Of a stretch of 64,000 nt of DNA, positions 25,280 to 38,614 are shown one piece after another. The stretch is from Centroscyllium fabricii. Lineage: Eukaryota. Below the pieces are notes generated by a model. The model did no database searches. It had not been told where the DNA came from and saw only the letters and a list, made by a program, of their open reading frames with translations. The stretch is taken from NCBI GenBank assembly GCA_051313645.2, contig JBNRSN020000001.1, positions 125,116,001-125,180,000 on the forward strand, in the 5' to 3' direction. The translations under genes and the position numbers were made by a program. The stretch's first letter is position 1. Every line of letters begins with the position of its first letter.

Positions 25280-26045
25280 ACATAGAATTTACAGCTCAGA
25301 AATAGGTTATTCGGCCCAACAGGTCTGTGTTTATGCTCCACAGGAGCCTCCTTCCACCTTACTGCGTCTCACCCTAGCATGACCATCTATCCTTTCTCTA
25401 TCATGTAAAAGAAATGAAAGACTTGAATTTATATAGCGCCCTTCATGACCTCAGAACATCCCAAAGCATTTTACAGCCAATGAAGTATTTTTGAAGTGTA
25501 GTCACTGTTGTAACATAGGAAACATGGCAGCCAATTTGTGCACAGCAAGCTCCCACAAACAGCAATGTGATAATGACCAAGTCATCTGTTTTTGTGATGT
25601 TGTTTGAGGGATAAATATTGGCCAGGATTACAGGGATAACCCCCCTGCTCTTCTTCAAACTAGTACCATGGGATCTTTTACGTCCACCTGAGAGAGCAGA
25701 CGGGCCTTTATTTATCTAGCTTTCCCTTAAATGCGGCTATGTTATTCACCGCAATCAATCCCTGTGATAGCGAGTTCCATATTCTCACTTCGCTCCAAGT
25801 AAAAAGGATCTCCTGGATTCCCTGTTGGATTTATTAGTGACGATATTATTTATGGGCCCTAGATATGGACTCTCCAAGAAGTGGAAACATCCTCTCTATG
25901 TCGCCCCTATCAAACCCCTTCATAATTTTACACCCTCAATAAGGTCACCTCTCGGTCTTCTCTTTTCCAGAGAAAAGATCTCTAGCCTATTCAGTCTCTC
26001 CTGATAGTTGTACCTTCTTAGTTCTGGTATCATCCTTGTAATTTT
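25280..26045 (-). mobile_element. CR1 3' fragment with nested SacSINE1 piece (25408-25705)
   Basis: CR1 tail and ORF2 end on both sides of a Deu-SINE 3' half. Confidence 0.65.
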
Positions 26046-27984
26046 GGTATCATTTTTACAGATCTACAATTAATTGATTAATTACGTGGTTAAAACATTG
26101 TGGGGCTGTTACTGTGCAGGAATTGAGTGAAAAAATATTTGCTACAAAATGATTGCATTGCACAGTATAAATATGCATATTTTTTCTGAACCAAAAAAAA
26201 GTTAGAAAAGAAAATGAGTGAAATCTCTTGGCCACAAGCTCCGAGAAGGATTGTGTTGGGAGATTTTTAAAAAATCAGACTGATGGATTTATGGAGAATT
26301 CCTGGTGAGAATGTTTGCTCATAGTTAATCTGTACCTGTTGGTGTTTTATAGATGTTTTCAAAGTAAACGCTAATTTCAGAATTCCGAGGTCGGCAACGA
26401 TGGATTGAGTTCTTTCAGTTAAACTGGGAACATTGAACTCTCGGTATAACACGAGGACTGGGCTCAGTTAGTGTGTAAGCCAATCGAGACTCACTCTCAT
26501 AGCCTATCAAGATGTATCAGAAACATTATCCAAACGTTTCATCAATCACTTACAGCCATCTGTTATTGTCTACATAATACACACAAGGTATATTGCTTCC
26601 TTGTAATATGCAGTGAAGTAAAATCCAATATCTCGGCAGTTCAAATGACATGGTACAATAGCCCTTCTGCTCAAAATACTGTGCGATTTAATTGTGGGAG
26701 ATTCGCCGCTCTCGACTACACCTGTCAGTGTCGAAAGCAAAATCTGCTGCCAGAAACGGAATAAAATCACTGTCTTGAAGTGAACCTGTCAGTGAACCCG
26801 CTCCACTCACTACTACCTGCCTGCACGTTTGTCTGCAAATAATTTCAAATCCGGCCTTTCCAAAAAGTGAAATCTGCCGTTTGCTATCCGGCATTTTTTT
26901 TTTAAACTACGGTTCTTTCCAAGTTAACGCGTGGTGCAATCCAATCGTCTGTAAAAACGCATCACTTGCTACACACCCCGCGTTTGGTCCTTCAGCCGTT
27001 TGACTGAATAAATTACAATTAAACATTGTCACCTACTTCCAAACGGATACCGAATTATTTACAAAACTCGCACCTTCTAGATCATTGTTAACATAGGAAA
27101 TCAGTTAGAATACCGTATTCTCAACTACTGGCGGCTGGAAGTAAACGATTGTTTTTGTTTGTTTATTGGTACGCTTTATATTCTACCATTTCGTTTGGAG
27201 AATTGTAAGAGGATATCTGTCACCGTCTATTCTTCCAGTAAAACTTATGGTTCCATATTATTTTTGAATTCGTGAGCTCGCTATGAAGATCCAGCAAAGC
27301 TGAGCTTCTCAAATAGATGCATCACCCCTTTCACTGCAACAATTGAACTTCCTGTGCTTTGGTTAATGCTAATGTTAGCATTCAGAGCCATTTACACTCA
27401 GCTGACTGAGCGGCAATTTCCCATAATAAATGACATGAAATGCAAACTTCTGTCTTTGATTACAATCAAGAAATCTGCCTTAATATCGTGATATCCACAT
27501 CCCCTGTAAATTGTTCATTGATTGCACGTAGAGGAACAACGACAGATGAAACATTTGCTTTCCCCATTGTCATCACTCCAGTCACACACATCTATCCTAC
27601 CCGTTTACATCATCACTTTCCATCAGTATATTAAGTTAAAGAAACAAAGTAAATACATTGTGGCAGTTTTTTTTTACCCGTGACGATCTTTTTTTTTGGG
27701 GGGGGGGGGGGATTGCAATACTCACTCGTAAAACTGTATCTAGCTTCCCCCCCCAGCCGTCAGCACTGACGTACACTAAACGCTGTTGTGAGTTAGCATT
27801 CATTTGTTACATCCAATTCTGCTGTCACTTGCTAAAAGCTGTGGTGTCATCCTTCATAGTACCTTTTGGCACGAATATTTTGGTTTAAAAAAATTAAATT
27901 CAAATAAAGCTTCTAATGACTTTTTTTGGTCCCCCCCCCCAGGCAACTGGAGACTGGTTAATTCATAAAGAATTGCCGGTGAGA

Positions 27985-28300
27985 TTGCATGAGTCGGTGC
28001 CCCCGGTCGAGAGCGAGCGCCGGGGCCGCGCATGGCGATGCTCGCCCCCTCTCCCCCTCTCCTCTCCCCGCGCCCCCGGCTCCTCACTGCCCACCGCCAA
28101 GCCCTCGCCGCCCAGCCCACACTCCCCGCTCCATTGGCCGAGCCCGGAGTGCTGGGATTGGGCGCTGCCAGAGGACGCGGCCACTCCATTGGCCGGAGAG
28201 GCTTGGTTTTTTTTGTGGAGCCCTGTTTGTTTTAAGGAAGCTTTGCAGGAGGGGAAGGCAGAGACCCGGAGCGTGTCGGCGAAAGGTTCATGTCCAAAAA
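27985..28300 (+). promoter_or_regulatory. CpG-island promoter of PCDH17 with three inverted CCAAT boxes and GC boxes
   Basis: GC/CpG-rich, repeat-free region ~1 kb upstream of the ATG. ATTGG at 28133, 28157 and 28188. Confidence 0.65.
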
Positions 28301-29273
28301 AAAGGACGCCTAGCCGAAGCGGGTGCAAAGCAACACAAGGAGAGAAAAAAATAACAGCGCCCAGCAAAAGCAGAGGGAAAGAGCACAGCTAAAAAATCTC
28401 CGAGTGTCACCCACGTCCAGCTCTGCTGCAGCACAGGCTGGACCCAAGACTGTTGCTCATCACAAGTGGGGAGAATCAACAGGGAAAGTAGCGAGCGTGT
28501 CACCCAGAGCTCGGGCTGCCGTAGGTAGCCAGACAGATGCAGAGATTTGATTCTTTCTGCCTTCACTAAATGTCTCTGAAGGTTTGTGTTGCTGCCGATC
28601 GTGTGACGGGAGACTTTCACGGAAATCCTGGACGTGCCAAAGAAAGCGTTTACATTTAAAACTCCTGCTCTTCGAGTGTGTGTGTGTGTGGGTGGGGGGG
28701 GGGAAGAAATCAAAATAAGGGTCATTTTTTTTCCTTGCGGTCTTGTCCGTGTCACTGACAGCAGCTGCCGCCGCTTTCTTGAGCAAAGACAGGCGCGCAC
28801 ACACAGATAGATATTCATCCAGCCGGTGTGAGAGTGTGTGTGTGTGCAGCATGCAAAATTCTCGGCAGCTGCATCTCGTGAAATTGGAAGGAACACATCG
28901 CAAGCCTTGAAACTGGAACCTCGGCGGCGCCGCATTTTGCCAGCGCTCGGATTTCACTTGTGAGAAGCCAGTTTTCGCATCTCCAGCGATCTCGTCCCAC
29001 CAGCCGTGCAAATAGATTCGTGGGCGGCTAAGGGGAGAGGGGGAAATAAAAGTGTCTGGCACGATTGCTGTCCCCCCCCATTAAGGATTTATAATGCAAG
29101 ATGGTGACGAAAGACTTTTTTCTTGTCGTCAAACTCAATAAGGTTTTGAAATGGTTATTGTAAGCTGCATCGATGCTCACACACCGCTGCAGACTCGCCT
29201 GTTTCCCGAGCTGTAAATCAACAGGTTTAACACCAAAAATCAGAAAGGGGGAGGAAAGAAGCAAGTGCTGGGA

Positions 29274-31763
29274 ATGTACCTGCATATTTTGATTTTCCTC
29301 TTACTCTGGACTGGAGCTCTGACCTTGAAGAATTTGAAATACACGATCCTGGAAGAACAAGGGCCCGGGACCGTGATCGGGAACATTGCAAAAGATGCTA
29401 GCCTGGCGACCAGTCCCGAGCAGAGGAAGCCCAACTTTCGGGTTTTGGAAAATTCCGCCCCGCATTTGCTGGACGTCGATCGGGAAAGCGGGCTGCTTTA
29501 CACCAAACAACGCATCGACCGGGAGACCGTCTGCAAACGGGCTGCCAAGTGTGTCGTCTCGCTGGAAGTGTTCGCCAACGACAAGGAGCTGTGCATGATC
29601 AAAGTGGAGATCCTGGATATCAATGATAATGCGCCCAGTTTTGCCAGCGAGCAGATCGATGTGGAAATCCCCGAGAACGCGGCTCCGGGGACGCGCATCC
29701 CGCTGACCAGCGCCCACGACCCGGACACCGGCCAGTTCGGCCTGCAGACCTACCACCTGAGCAGCCCCAACCGGCTGTTCGGCCTGGAGGTGAAGTCGCG
29801 GGGCGACGGCACCAAGTTCCCCGAGCTGGTGATCCAGAGGCCGCTGGACCGGGAGGAGCAGCCCCGCCATGTGCTGCTGGTGACGGCGCTGGACGGCGGC
29901 GACCCCCCCAAGTCGGGCGCGGTGCAGGTGAGGGTGGAGGTGGTGGACACCAACGACAACAGCCCGTCCTTCCAGGAGCCCAGCCTGACGGTGGAGCTGA
30001 CGGAGAACTCGCCGCTCGGCACCTTCCTCATCCAGGTGAACGCCAGCGACCCGGACGAGGGCAGCAACGGCGAGGTGGTCTACTCCTTCAGCCCGTACGT
30101 GGCCGACAGGATCCGCCAGCTCTTCTCCATCGAGCCCCGCTCCGGGGTGATCAGGGTCCAGGGCAACGTGGACTATGAGGAGAGCAGCATCTACGAGATC
30201 GACGTGCAGGCCAAGGACTTGGGTCCCAACTCCATCCCGGCTCACTGCAAAGTGTCGGTGCGGGTCCTCGACCTCAACGACAACGCGCCGGCCCTGAGCC
30301 TGGTGTCGGTGCAGCAGGGCTCGATCGGCGAGGCGGCGCCGCCCGGCACCGTCATCGCCCTGGTCAAAGTCACCGACCGCGACTTCGGCCGCAACGGCCA
30401 GCTGCAGTGCCGGGTGCTGGGCTCGGCGCCCTTCCGGCTGGAGGAGAACTACGACAACTTCTACACCGTGCTGACCGAGCGGCCGCTCGACCGGGAGGTG
30501 GCCGACCTGTACAACCTGACCATCGTGGCCCGGGACCAGGGCTCACCGCCGCTCAACGCCAGCCGCTCCTTCAGCGTGCGGGTGGCGGACGAGAACGACA
30601 ACCCGCCCCGCTTCACCAAGCCGGTGTACCTGCTGCAGGTGCCCGAGAACAACATCCCCGGCGAGTACCTGGGCTCGGTGCTGGCCCACGACCCCGACCT
30701 GGGCGCCAACGGCAGCGTCTCCTACTCCATCCTGCCGTCCCGGGTGGGCGATGTCTCCATCTACACCTACGTGTCGGTCAACCCGGCCAACGGCGCCATC
30801 TACGCGCTGCGATCCTTCAACCACGAGCAGACCAAGTCCTTCCAGTTCCGCGTCTTGGCCAAGGACGCGGGCACGCCGCACCAGCTGGAGAGCAACTCCA
30901 CGGTGCGGGTCAGCGTGCTGGACCTCAACGACAACGCGCCGGTCATCGTGCTGCCGGTGCTGCACAACGACACGGCCGAGATCCAGGTGCCGCGCAACGC
31001 CGGCCTGGGCTACCTGGTGGCCACCGTGCGGGCTCTGGACAGCGACTACGGCGAGAGCGGCCGCCTGTCCTACCAGATCGCCGAGGGCAACGAGCTGCAC
31101 CTCTTCGACATGGACCCGGCCAGCGGCGAGATCCGCACGGCTCAGCAGCCCCTGTGGGAGGATCTGGCCCCCGCCGCCGAGCTGGTGGTCAAGGTGTCGG
31201 ACCACGGCAAGCCCTCGCTGTCGGCCGTGGCCCGCCTGGTCATCGTGGCTTACCTGGGGGCCGGGCCCCCTCCCCAGGACGAGCAGCGGCTCAACAAGGA
31301 GCAGTCCCGCCACTGGGACCTGTCGCTGCCCCTGATCGTCACCCTCAGCTCCATCTCAGTCATCCTGCTGACCTCCATGGTCACCATCGCCGTCAAGTGC
31401 AGGAGGGAGAACAAGGAGATCAGGACCTACAACTGCCGGATCGCCGAGTACTCGCACCCCCACCTGGGCAAGAGCAGCAGCAAGAAAAAGAAAATCAACA
31501 AGAACGACATCATGTTGGTCCAGAGCGAAGTGGAGGAGAGAGATGTCATGAACGTGGTGAGCAGTCCCTCCCTGGCCTCTTCTCCCGTTTATTTCGATTA
31601 CCAGACGCGCCTGCCGCTCAGCTCCCCCCGGTCAGAAGTCATGTACCTGAAGCCCACCTCCAACAACCTCACCGTCCCCCAGGGCCATGTGGTCTGTCAC
31701 ACTTTCTCCGGACAGGGTTCAAATCCGAGCGACGTAACGTCAACGAGAATGTCACTGATTCAG
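29274..31763 (+). CDS. PCDH17: Protocadherin-17 coding exon 1 (signal peptide, 6 cadherin repeats, TM, proximal cytoplasmic tail; 830 codons)
   Basis: MYLHILIFLLLWTGALTLKNLKY..., SLEVFANDKELCMIKVEI, KSRGDGTKFPELVIQ, WDLSLPLIVTLS and KCRRENKEIRTYNCRIAEYSHP match recalled PCDH17 rather than PCDH19. Phase-0 donor CAG|GTAAAA at 31763/31764. Confidence 0.96.
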
Positions 31764-32954
31764 GTAAAACACACACACACCACGGTGTCATTATTGATCT
31801 GATTAGGCGGGACCTGTTGCTTTCAGAAAGTTATTGACCAAATTGTCTTTAAGAGTTGGGCAATGTGCTCTGTGCACTTAATATCTTTGATCAGTCAATA
31901 TTTCTATAATAGAACGTGTTCCCTCGCGTGAAGTGTATTGACTTCATTATTGATCTGCATAGGGATTTATGACTAAAGTCCCATCTGTAAGGACATAAAT
32001 TGAGTCCTTCAGTGCTGGGTTGGCGATCATAAGGCCCCCACGGAAGCACCAGTGCAACACTTAGCCAAAAACTGTAATTACTTTGCACTGTGAAAACTTT
32101 TTTTTATTTCCTTGGTTAAGTCTATTTTACTGTTGGACAAAAAACACACACTTCGACACGCGAGTTTGAAACTCAACAGACTTTGGATTTATTATCTGGC
32201 TTTGAATTACATTGATTTTCGGAGAAAATGTATCTTTAGATGTAACAGTTGTATGGATCCATAGAAGACGCCATGGTTTCATTGATAGAGTGCGAGGTAA
32301 CAATACATAATGAGAGATGCATATATTAAAAACATACTTACTAAAATTGTGCAGATCCTTAACAGAAAGTTAATTTTATTCACATTAAAAAGATGATATT
32401 TGCTTCTGTTAAAATAAAAAAGCTCTATTTTTCTAAAAATTAACAATCATGTATCATAGAAATTCACCTTTAAGAATACTTAAACCCTGATCACTGGTGA
32501 GGAAGTAGTGTTCGAGTATCACAAAATAACATTCGCAATTGGCAGGGGAAGGGTGAAGAAAATTTTGAATATGGGGAAAATACTTATGTATGAATGATGT
32601 GGCATTTTTGACTTGTTACTGCATTGTGGTTAATTTGGCGTTATTTATTTAGCGATGTTACTTCAGCAGAAAATAAAACTTGGATTCTAAAATATATCTA
32701 GCAGGCGTAAAGGAAATGTTTGAGGCAATGTTACCTGAATGCACTACACATAAGAAGTGAGAGTAAGCTTCATAATTCATATTGCTACATTTTTACTACA
32801 ATAATCACATACACATACATTAACTATTTTCAGTAGTATTTATTACTGTAACTGGCTGACATGGGGGTAAGGGAAATATCAATGGTAACCTGTAGTACAT
32901 ACAATTTTAAAGCACTTCCTTTGTGGTGTATTCATATACATACTTTTTTTTAAT

Positions 32955-33200
32955 TATTAACTCTTGGGATGTAGGTGCCACGGGAAAGGCGGGTAGTTAT
33001 TGCCCATCCCTAATTACCCTGGTACGGTGGTTATACTAACAAGTAGCTTGCTAGGCCACTTTAAAGGTCAGTTAAGAGTCAGTCTCATTGGTGTGTGACT
33101 GGAGTCACATACAGGCCAGACTGGGTAAGGGCAGTTTGATTTCCTTCCCTAAAGGACATAAGTGAACTAGTTGGGTTTTTGCAACAATCCAACAGTTTTG
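32955..33200 (-). mobile_element. SINE fragment, same family as 6135-6345
   Basis: Reverse-complement similarity (TTATTGCCCATCCC...GCTTGCTAGGCCACTT...CAGTTAAGAGTCA). Confidence 0.55.
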
Positions 33201-34144
33201 TGGTCCCTTTTTACTGATATCGATGGTTACATTTATCACTTTGAATGGTTTATGTTTGTCAACTGACAATAGAAATGTAACTTTGCAAATGGTAACATTG
33301 ACTTCAGTGAAAATGTGAGATATATTGGAATGTAAGTGTGGTTGTTTAACGCACATGTCTGCTTGGAAGTACTGACTGATCCCACTTGAGATAGACATTT
33401 TTAAAATTTACATAAATATTCTAATTTGTTGCCATATAAATTGTTATGAGTAAGAATAAACCATTAAGATAAATTCTTTTAAATTGTCATTTAAGATCAT
33501 TTAATTTTCCACTCCAATTCCAAAATGCCTTGTTTATTGTTGCACTATAAGTCTTTGTACCTGCTGTATATGAATGGAGATAAGGGCCATGAAGTACCGC
33601 TTTACTGCCACTTACCAACTTGTCTGGCATGTGTAATAAGCACTCTGCAATATTTAAATTGATAAGAGTTTCTAGCAGCATAAATCATTATTGCATCAAC
33701 AAATTCACCTGAGAGTCAACAGCCTTTGTGTGACAGATGATGCATACATTGAACTTATACTTTCACCCACCCTCAGAAAGTAACCAAATTTAAATTCATA
33801 AATTAACTTCATCCCAAGCTGATTAAACCTTTTGAAATGCTTGTGATTGAATTGGACTTAAAAAAAAATAGAATCTCCTGATGATAATTCAGTTTGTTAT
33901 TTCTGGATTGTCACCTAAGATTTTTTATGCAGTTATGTGAGTAATAAAAATGGCACAGCAAGTCTCAATATGTAGCCACGGCATGGAAGTGCAAACTGTG
34001 GTACCAGTGTTTGGTTATTTTATTACATCATAAAGACAGTTGGATAGAACTGTATATGTGTTGTCATAATGGTCATCATTGAAACTTCATAAGTGATTCA
34101 ACATTGTTTAAAATAGCTTGATAATATATACAGTATAGAAAGAA

Positions 34145-34604
34145 TGAACCTTCATTTTATAGCACTTTTCATGGCCTCAGGCTATCCCAAAACACCTGAC
34201 AGCCAATTAATTACTTTTGAAGTGTATTCACTGTTGTAATGCAGGAAATACGGCAGCCAATTTACACACACAGTAAAGTCTCACAAACAGCAATGAGATA
34301 AATGACCAGATAATCTGTTTTAGTGAAATTGGTTGAGGGTTAAATATTGGCCATGACACCGGGGAGAACTCCCCTGCTCTTCTTCAAAATAGTGCCAGGG
34401 AATCTTTTACATCCACCTGAGAGGGCATACGGGGCCTCGGTTTAGTGCATTACCCAAACAGCGGCACTTCTGACAGTGCAGCAACTCCCTTAGTACTGTA
34501 CTGGAGTGTTCCCCTCGAATTTGTGCTTAAGTCTCTGGAGTGCAACTTGAATCCACAAACTTCTGATTCAGGCACAAGTGCTACCACTGAGCCCTGGCTG
34601 ACAC
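34145..34604 (-). mobile_element. SacSINE1/Deu-SINE, near full length
   Basis: tRNA-like head, Deu domain and L2-like tail. A further 3' fragment lies at 34890-35060. Confidence 0.8.
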
Positions 34605-37600
34605 ACCGAGTGTTTGTTTAATTAGCTCTGGTTTTACCTGTCATACGAGTAGAACGCACAGTCGACAACAGTGGTACACCAACTTTATTCTGCTGTGTGA
34701 TCTTTGTTATCCACTCAACTTTGCCATTTAACTGGAGGTGATCCAGTTTCCCTCCATCATAGAATAGATGACATATCACAGAATTATCTCCATTTGATTC
34801 ATCCTGGAGGTATTTTATTTAAATCTATGTAGCTTTGTGCTGATGAAAGGGGTAAAATGCTGTATATCCACCATTAGCAAAGCAATCCTAAGAAAGAAAG
34901 AGAAAGGACTTGTATTTATATCGCACCTTCCACAACCTCAGGATTTCCCAAAGCACTTTAGAGCCACTTGAAGTGTAGTTACTGTTGCAATGTACGAAAA
35001 GCGGCAGCCAATTTGCACACAGTAAGGTCCCACGAACAACAGTGAGATAACGACTAGATAATCTAGAAAACATCACCTCTTTAAAAAAGATGATGAATTC
35101 AGTGAACAGTTTCACTAATAATTACTACTTAAGAACCAAATATACATGCAAATAGATGAGGAATATTGTTACAAACATGTGAGTTTACAATTCATGAATG
35201 AGGGTTGCACAGTCAGTAAGTCGGGCAGGTTGCAGTTTCAGTACTTGGTTGTTGCAATTCAAAATGATGAAAAGTGACTTCCACCCAACTTTATAAAATT
35301 TTCTTTTTTTTCATTACTTCTCTATAAGCCCATGGTCACGCAAAGCACAATTCTGCTAAATCAACATCATGTTTCTGCAGTATATTCAATATTCCGGAGT
35401 AACCGTAATAGTAACTCTTGTCAGGATTCATTGGAAACATTTTCAATATAGATTTGGTTATAGAGACAGCAGAATGACCATCGTGGTATTTTATTGTAAC
35501 TTCTACATGATATTTTGAGCATGCACACATATTTTCTGTTACAGAAAAATTGAATACAGATAATGCGGTAAGACAACAGATCAGAAAAAAATGGACACAT
35601 GGTCCCTTTCAGTCAGAAAACAAGCTCAGATTCAACAGTCTTTTTTTCCTCTCATGAGAAGTCAGTGTGAGAGAAACCCCCAGTCAGTGAGAGACCCCCC
35701 AGTCAGTGAGAGACCCCCAGTCAGTGAGAGACCCCCAGTCAGTGAGAGACCCCCAGTCAGTGAGAGACCCCCAGTCAGTGAGAGAGCCCCAGTCAGTGAG
35801 AGACCCCCAGTCAGCGAGAGACCCCCAGTCAGTGAGAGATCCCCCAGTCAGTGAGAGACCCCCCAGTCAGTGAGAGACGCCCAGTCAGTGAGAGACCCCC
35901 CAGTCAGTGAGAGACCCGCCAGTCAGTGTGAGACCCCCCAGTCAGTGAGAGATCCCCAGTCAGTGTGAGACCCCCCAGTCAGTGAGAGACCCCCCAGTCA
36001 GTGAGAGACCCCTCCAGTCAGAGAGACCCCCCGAGTCAGAGAGACCCCCCAAGTCAGAGAGACCCCCCGAGTCAGTGAGACCCCTCCAGTCAGTGAGACC
36101 CCTCCAGTCAGTGAGATCCCCCCAGTCAGTGAGATAGCCCCCAGTCAGTGCGAGACCCCCCCAGTCAGGGCGAGACTCCCCCAGTCAGTGAGAGACCCCC
36201 CCAGTCAGTGAGAGACCCCCAGTCAGTGAGAACCCCAGTCAATGTGAGACCCCCCAGTCAGTGAGAGACCCCTCCAGTTAGTGAGAGACCCCAGTCAGTG
36301 AGAGAGCCCCCAGTCAGTGAGATCCCTCCAGTCAGTGTGAGACCCCCCAGTCAGTGAGAGACCCCCAGTCAGTGAGAGACCCCCAGTCAGTGAGAACCCC
36401 AGTCAATGTGAGACCCCCCAGTCAGTGAGAGACCCCTCCAGTTAGTGAGAGACCCCAGTCAGTGAGAGACCCACCAGTCAGTGAGAGAACCCCCGTCAGC
36501 GAGAGACCCTCCAGTCAGCGAGAGAGCCCCCAGTCAGTGAGATCCCTCCAGTCAGTGTGATACCCCCCAGTCAGGGCGAGACCCCCCCCCAGTCAGGGCG
36601 AGACCCCCCCAGTCAGTGAGAGAGCCCCCAGTCAGTGAGAGACCCGCCAGTCAGTGTGAGACCCCCAGTCAGTGTGAGACCCCTCCAGTCAGTGTGAGAC
36701 CCCTCCAGTCAGTGTGAGACCCACCCAGTCAGTGTGAGATCCCAGTCAGTGTGAGACCCCCCGTCAGTGAGAGAGACCCCCAGTCAATGTGAGACCCCAG
36801 TCAGTGTGAGACCCCCCCATCAGTGAGAGACCCCCATCAGTGAGAGACCCCCTGTCAGTGAGAGACCCCCCTGTCAGTGAGAGACCACCCAGTCAGTGAG
36901 AGACCCCCATCAGTGAGAGACCCCCCATCAGTGAGAGACCCCCCCAGTCAGTGAGAGACCCCCCCAGTCAGTGAGAGACTCCCCAGTCAGTGAGACCCCC
37001 CCAGTCAGTGAGAGACCCCCCAGTCAGTGAGAGATCCCCCGTCAGTGAGACCCCCCAGTCAATGTGAGACCCCAGTCAGTGTGAGACCCGCAGTCAGTGT
37101 GAGACCTCCCAACAGTGAGAGATTCCCCGTCAGTGAGAGACCCCCCCCAGTCAGTGTGAAACCCCCAGTCAGTGTGAGACCCCCCTGTCAGTGTGAGACC
37201 CCATATCAATGTGAGACCCCCCAGTCAGTGTGAGACCCCCCCCCCAGTCAGTGTGAAACCCCCCACATGGTCCCTTTCAGTCAGAAAATAAGCTCAGATT
37301 CAACACTGTCTTTTTTTCCACTCATGAGAAGTCAGTGTGAGAGAAACTCCCAGCCAGTGAGAGACCCCCCAGTCAGTGAGAGACCCCCCAGTCAGTGAGA
37401 GACGCCCAGTCAGTGAGAGACGCCCAGTCAGTGAGAGACCCCCCAGTCAGTGAGAGACCCCCCAGTCAGTGAGAGAGCCCCCAGTCAGTGAGAGACGCCC
37501 AGTCAGTGAGAGACCCCCCAGTCAGTGAGAGACCCCCAGTCAGTGAGAGACCCGCCAATCAGTGTGAGACCCCCCAGTCAGTGTGAGACCCCCCAGTCAG

Positions 37601-37964
37601 TGTGAGAACCCCCAGTCAGTGAGAGACCCCCCCCCAGTCAGTGAGAGACCCCCCAGTCAGTGTGAGACCCGACAATCAGTGTGAGACCCCCCAGTCGGTG
37701 TGAGATCCCGCAGTCAGTGAGAGGCCCCCAGTCAGTGAGAGACCCTCCAGTCAGAGAGACCCCCCGAGTCAGTGAGACCCCCAGTCAGTGAGAAAGCCCC
37801 AGTCAGTGAGAGACCCCCCAGTCAGTGAGAGACCCCCCAGTCAGTGAGAGACCCCCCAGTCAGTGAAAGCCCCCCCAGTCAGTGTGAGACCCCCCAGTCA
37901 GTGAGAGACCCCCCAGTCAGTGAGAGACCGCCAGTCAGTGTGAGACCCCCCCAGTCAGTGAGAG

Positions 37965-38614
37965 ACCTGACCATGGTGAAAGATAGCAAACTGAGAAAAA
38001 CCCTGACAATGTACAGACTTACCGAGCGCAGCCTAGCCATCGAAAAAGGCAGACACAGAAAGACTTGGCTGCCCAGAGAGGAAAGGCTGTGCTCCCACTG
38101 CAGTCAGGGAGCAGTGGAGACAGAGCTGCACATCCTCACAACTTGCGAAAACTATCAGGAAATAAGGGGAAATTTCTTCCCAAAATTTGCAACAACATGC
38201 CCTGAATTCAAAAATCTGAACGACCATCAAAAACTCCCATATCTATTAGGGGAACAGAGGGACTTTATAAAATTAGCGGCAAACTACGTCACAGCTTGCC
38301 ATAAGCAGAGGGACAACCAGTGACCATTGAAGCTAGGAAGAGCCTACAAGATCTATATGCGGGTATATATGTATGTGTTTGCATAGCTATTCATTCAATA
38401 CATCTGGTTATGCATTTATATGTCCACTTGTATATGTTCTTTTTAGATCTATATGCGGGTTTTTATGTGTATGTGTATGCATAGTTATTCATTCAATACG
38501 TCTGGTTATGCATTTGTATGTCCAACTGTATATGTTCTTTTTCTGTGCGTTGGCAACATAGGATGTATCTTGTCATGCCAATAAAGCAATTTGAATTGAA
38601 TTGAATTGAATTGA
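37965..38614 (+). mobile_element. RTE-X-like non-LTR retrotransposon, 5'-truncated copy 1
   Basis: LAIEKGRHRKTWLPREERLCSHC...ETELH...C (C-terminal CCHC), AATAAA and (TTGAA)n tail. Confidence 0.8.

Noticed and set aside
27854-29062. ORFs of 110-215 aa in the promoter/5' UTR
   Set aside because: GC-rich low-complexity translations without homology cues.
29274-31763. Identification as PCDH19 or a clustered protocadherin
   Set aside because: The N-terminus, EC1 and cytoplasmic exons (TDNFPAEPNYMGSRQQFVQS) match PCDH17.
29301-31837. Long overlapping ORFs (314 aa and 256 aa on -, 476 aa and 194 aa on +) over PCDH17 exon 1
   Set aside because: Expected shadow ORFs of very high GC3 coding sequence; no recognisable domains.
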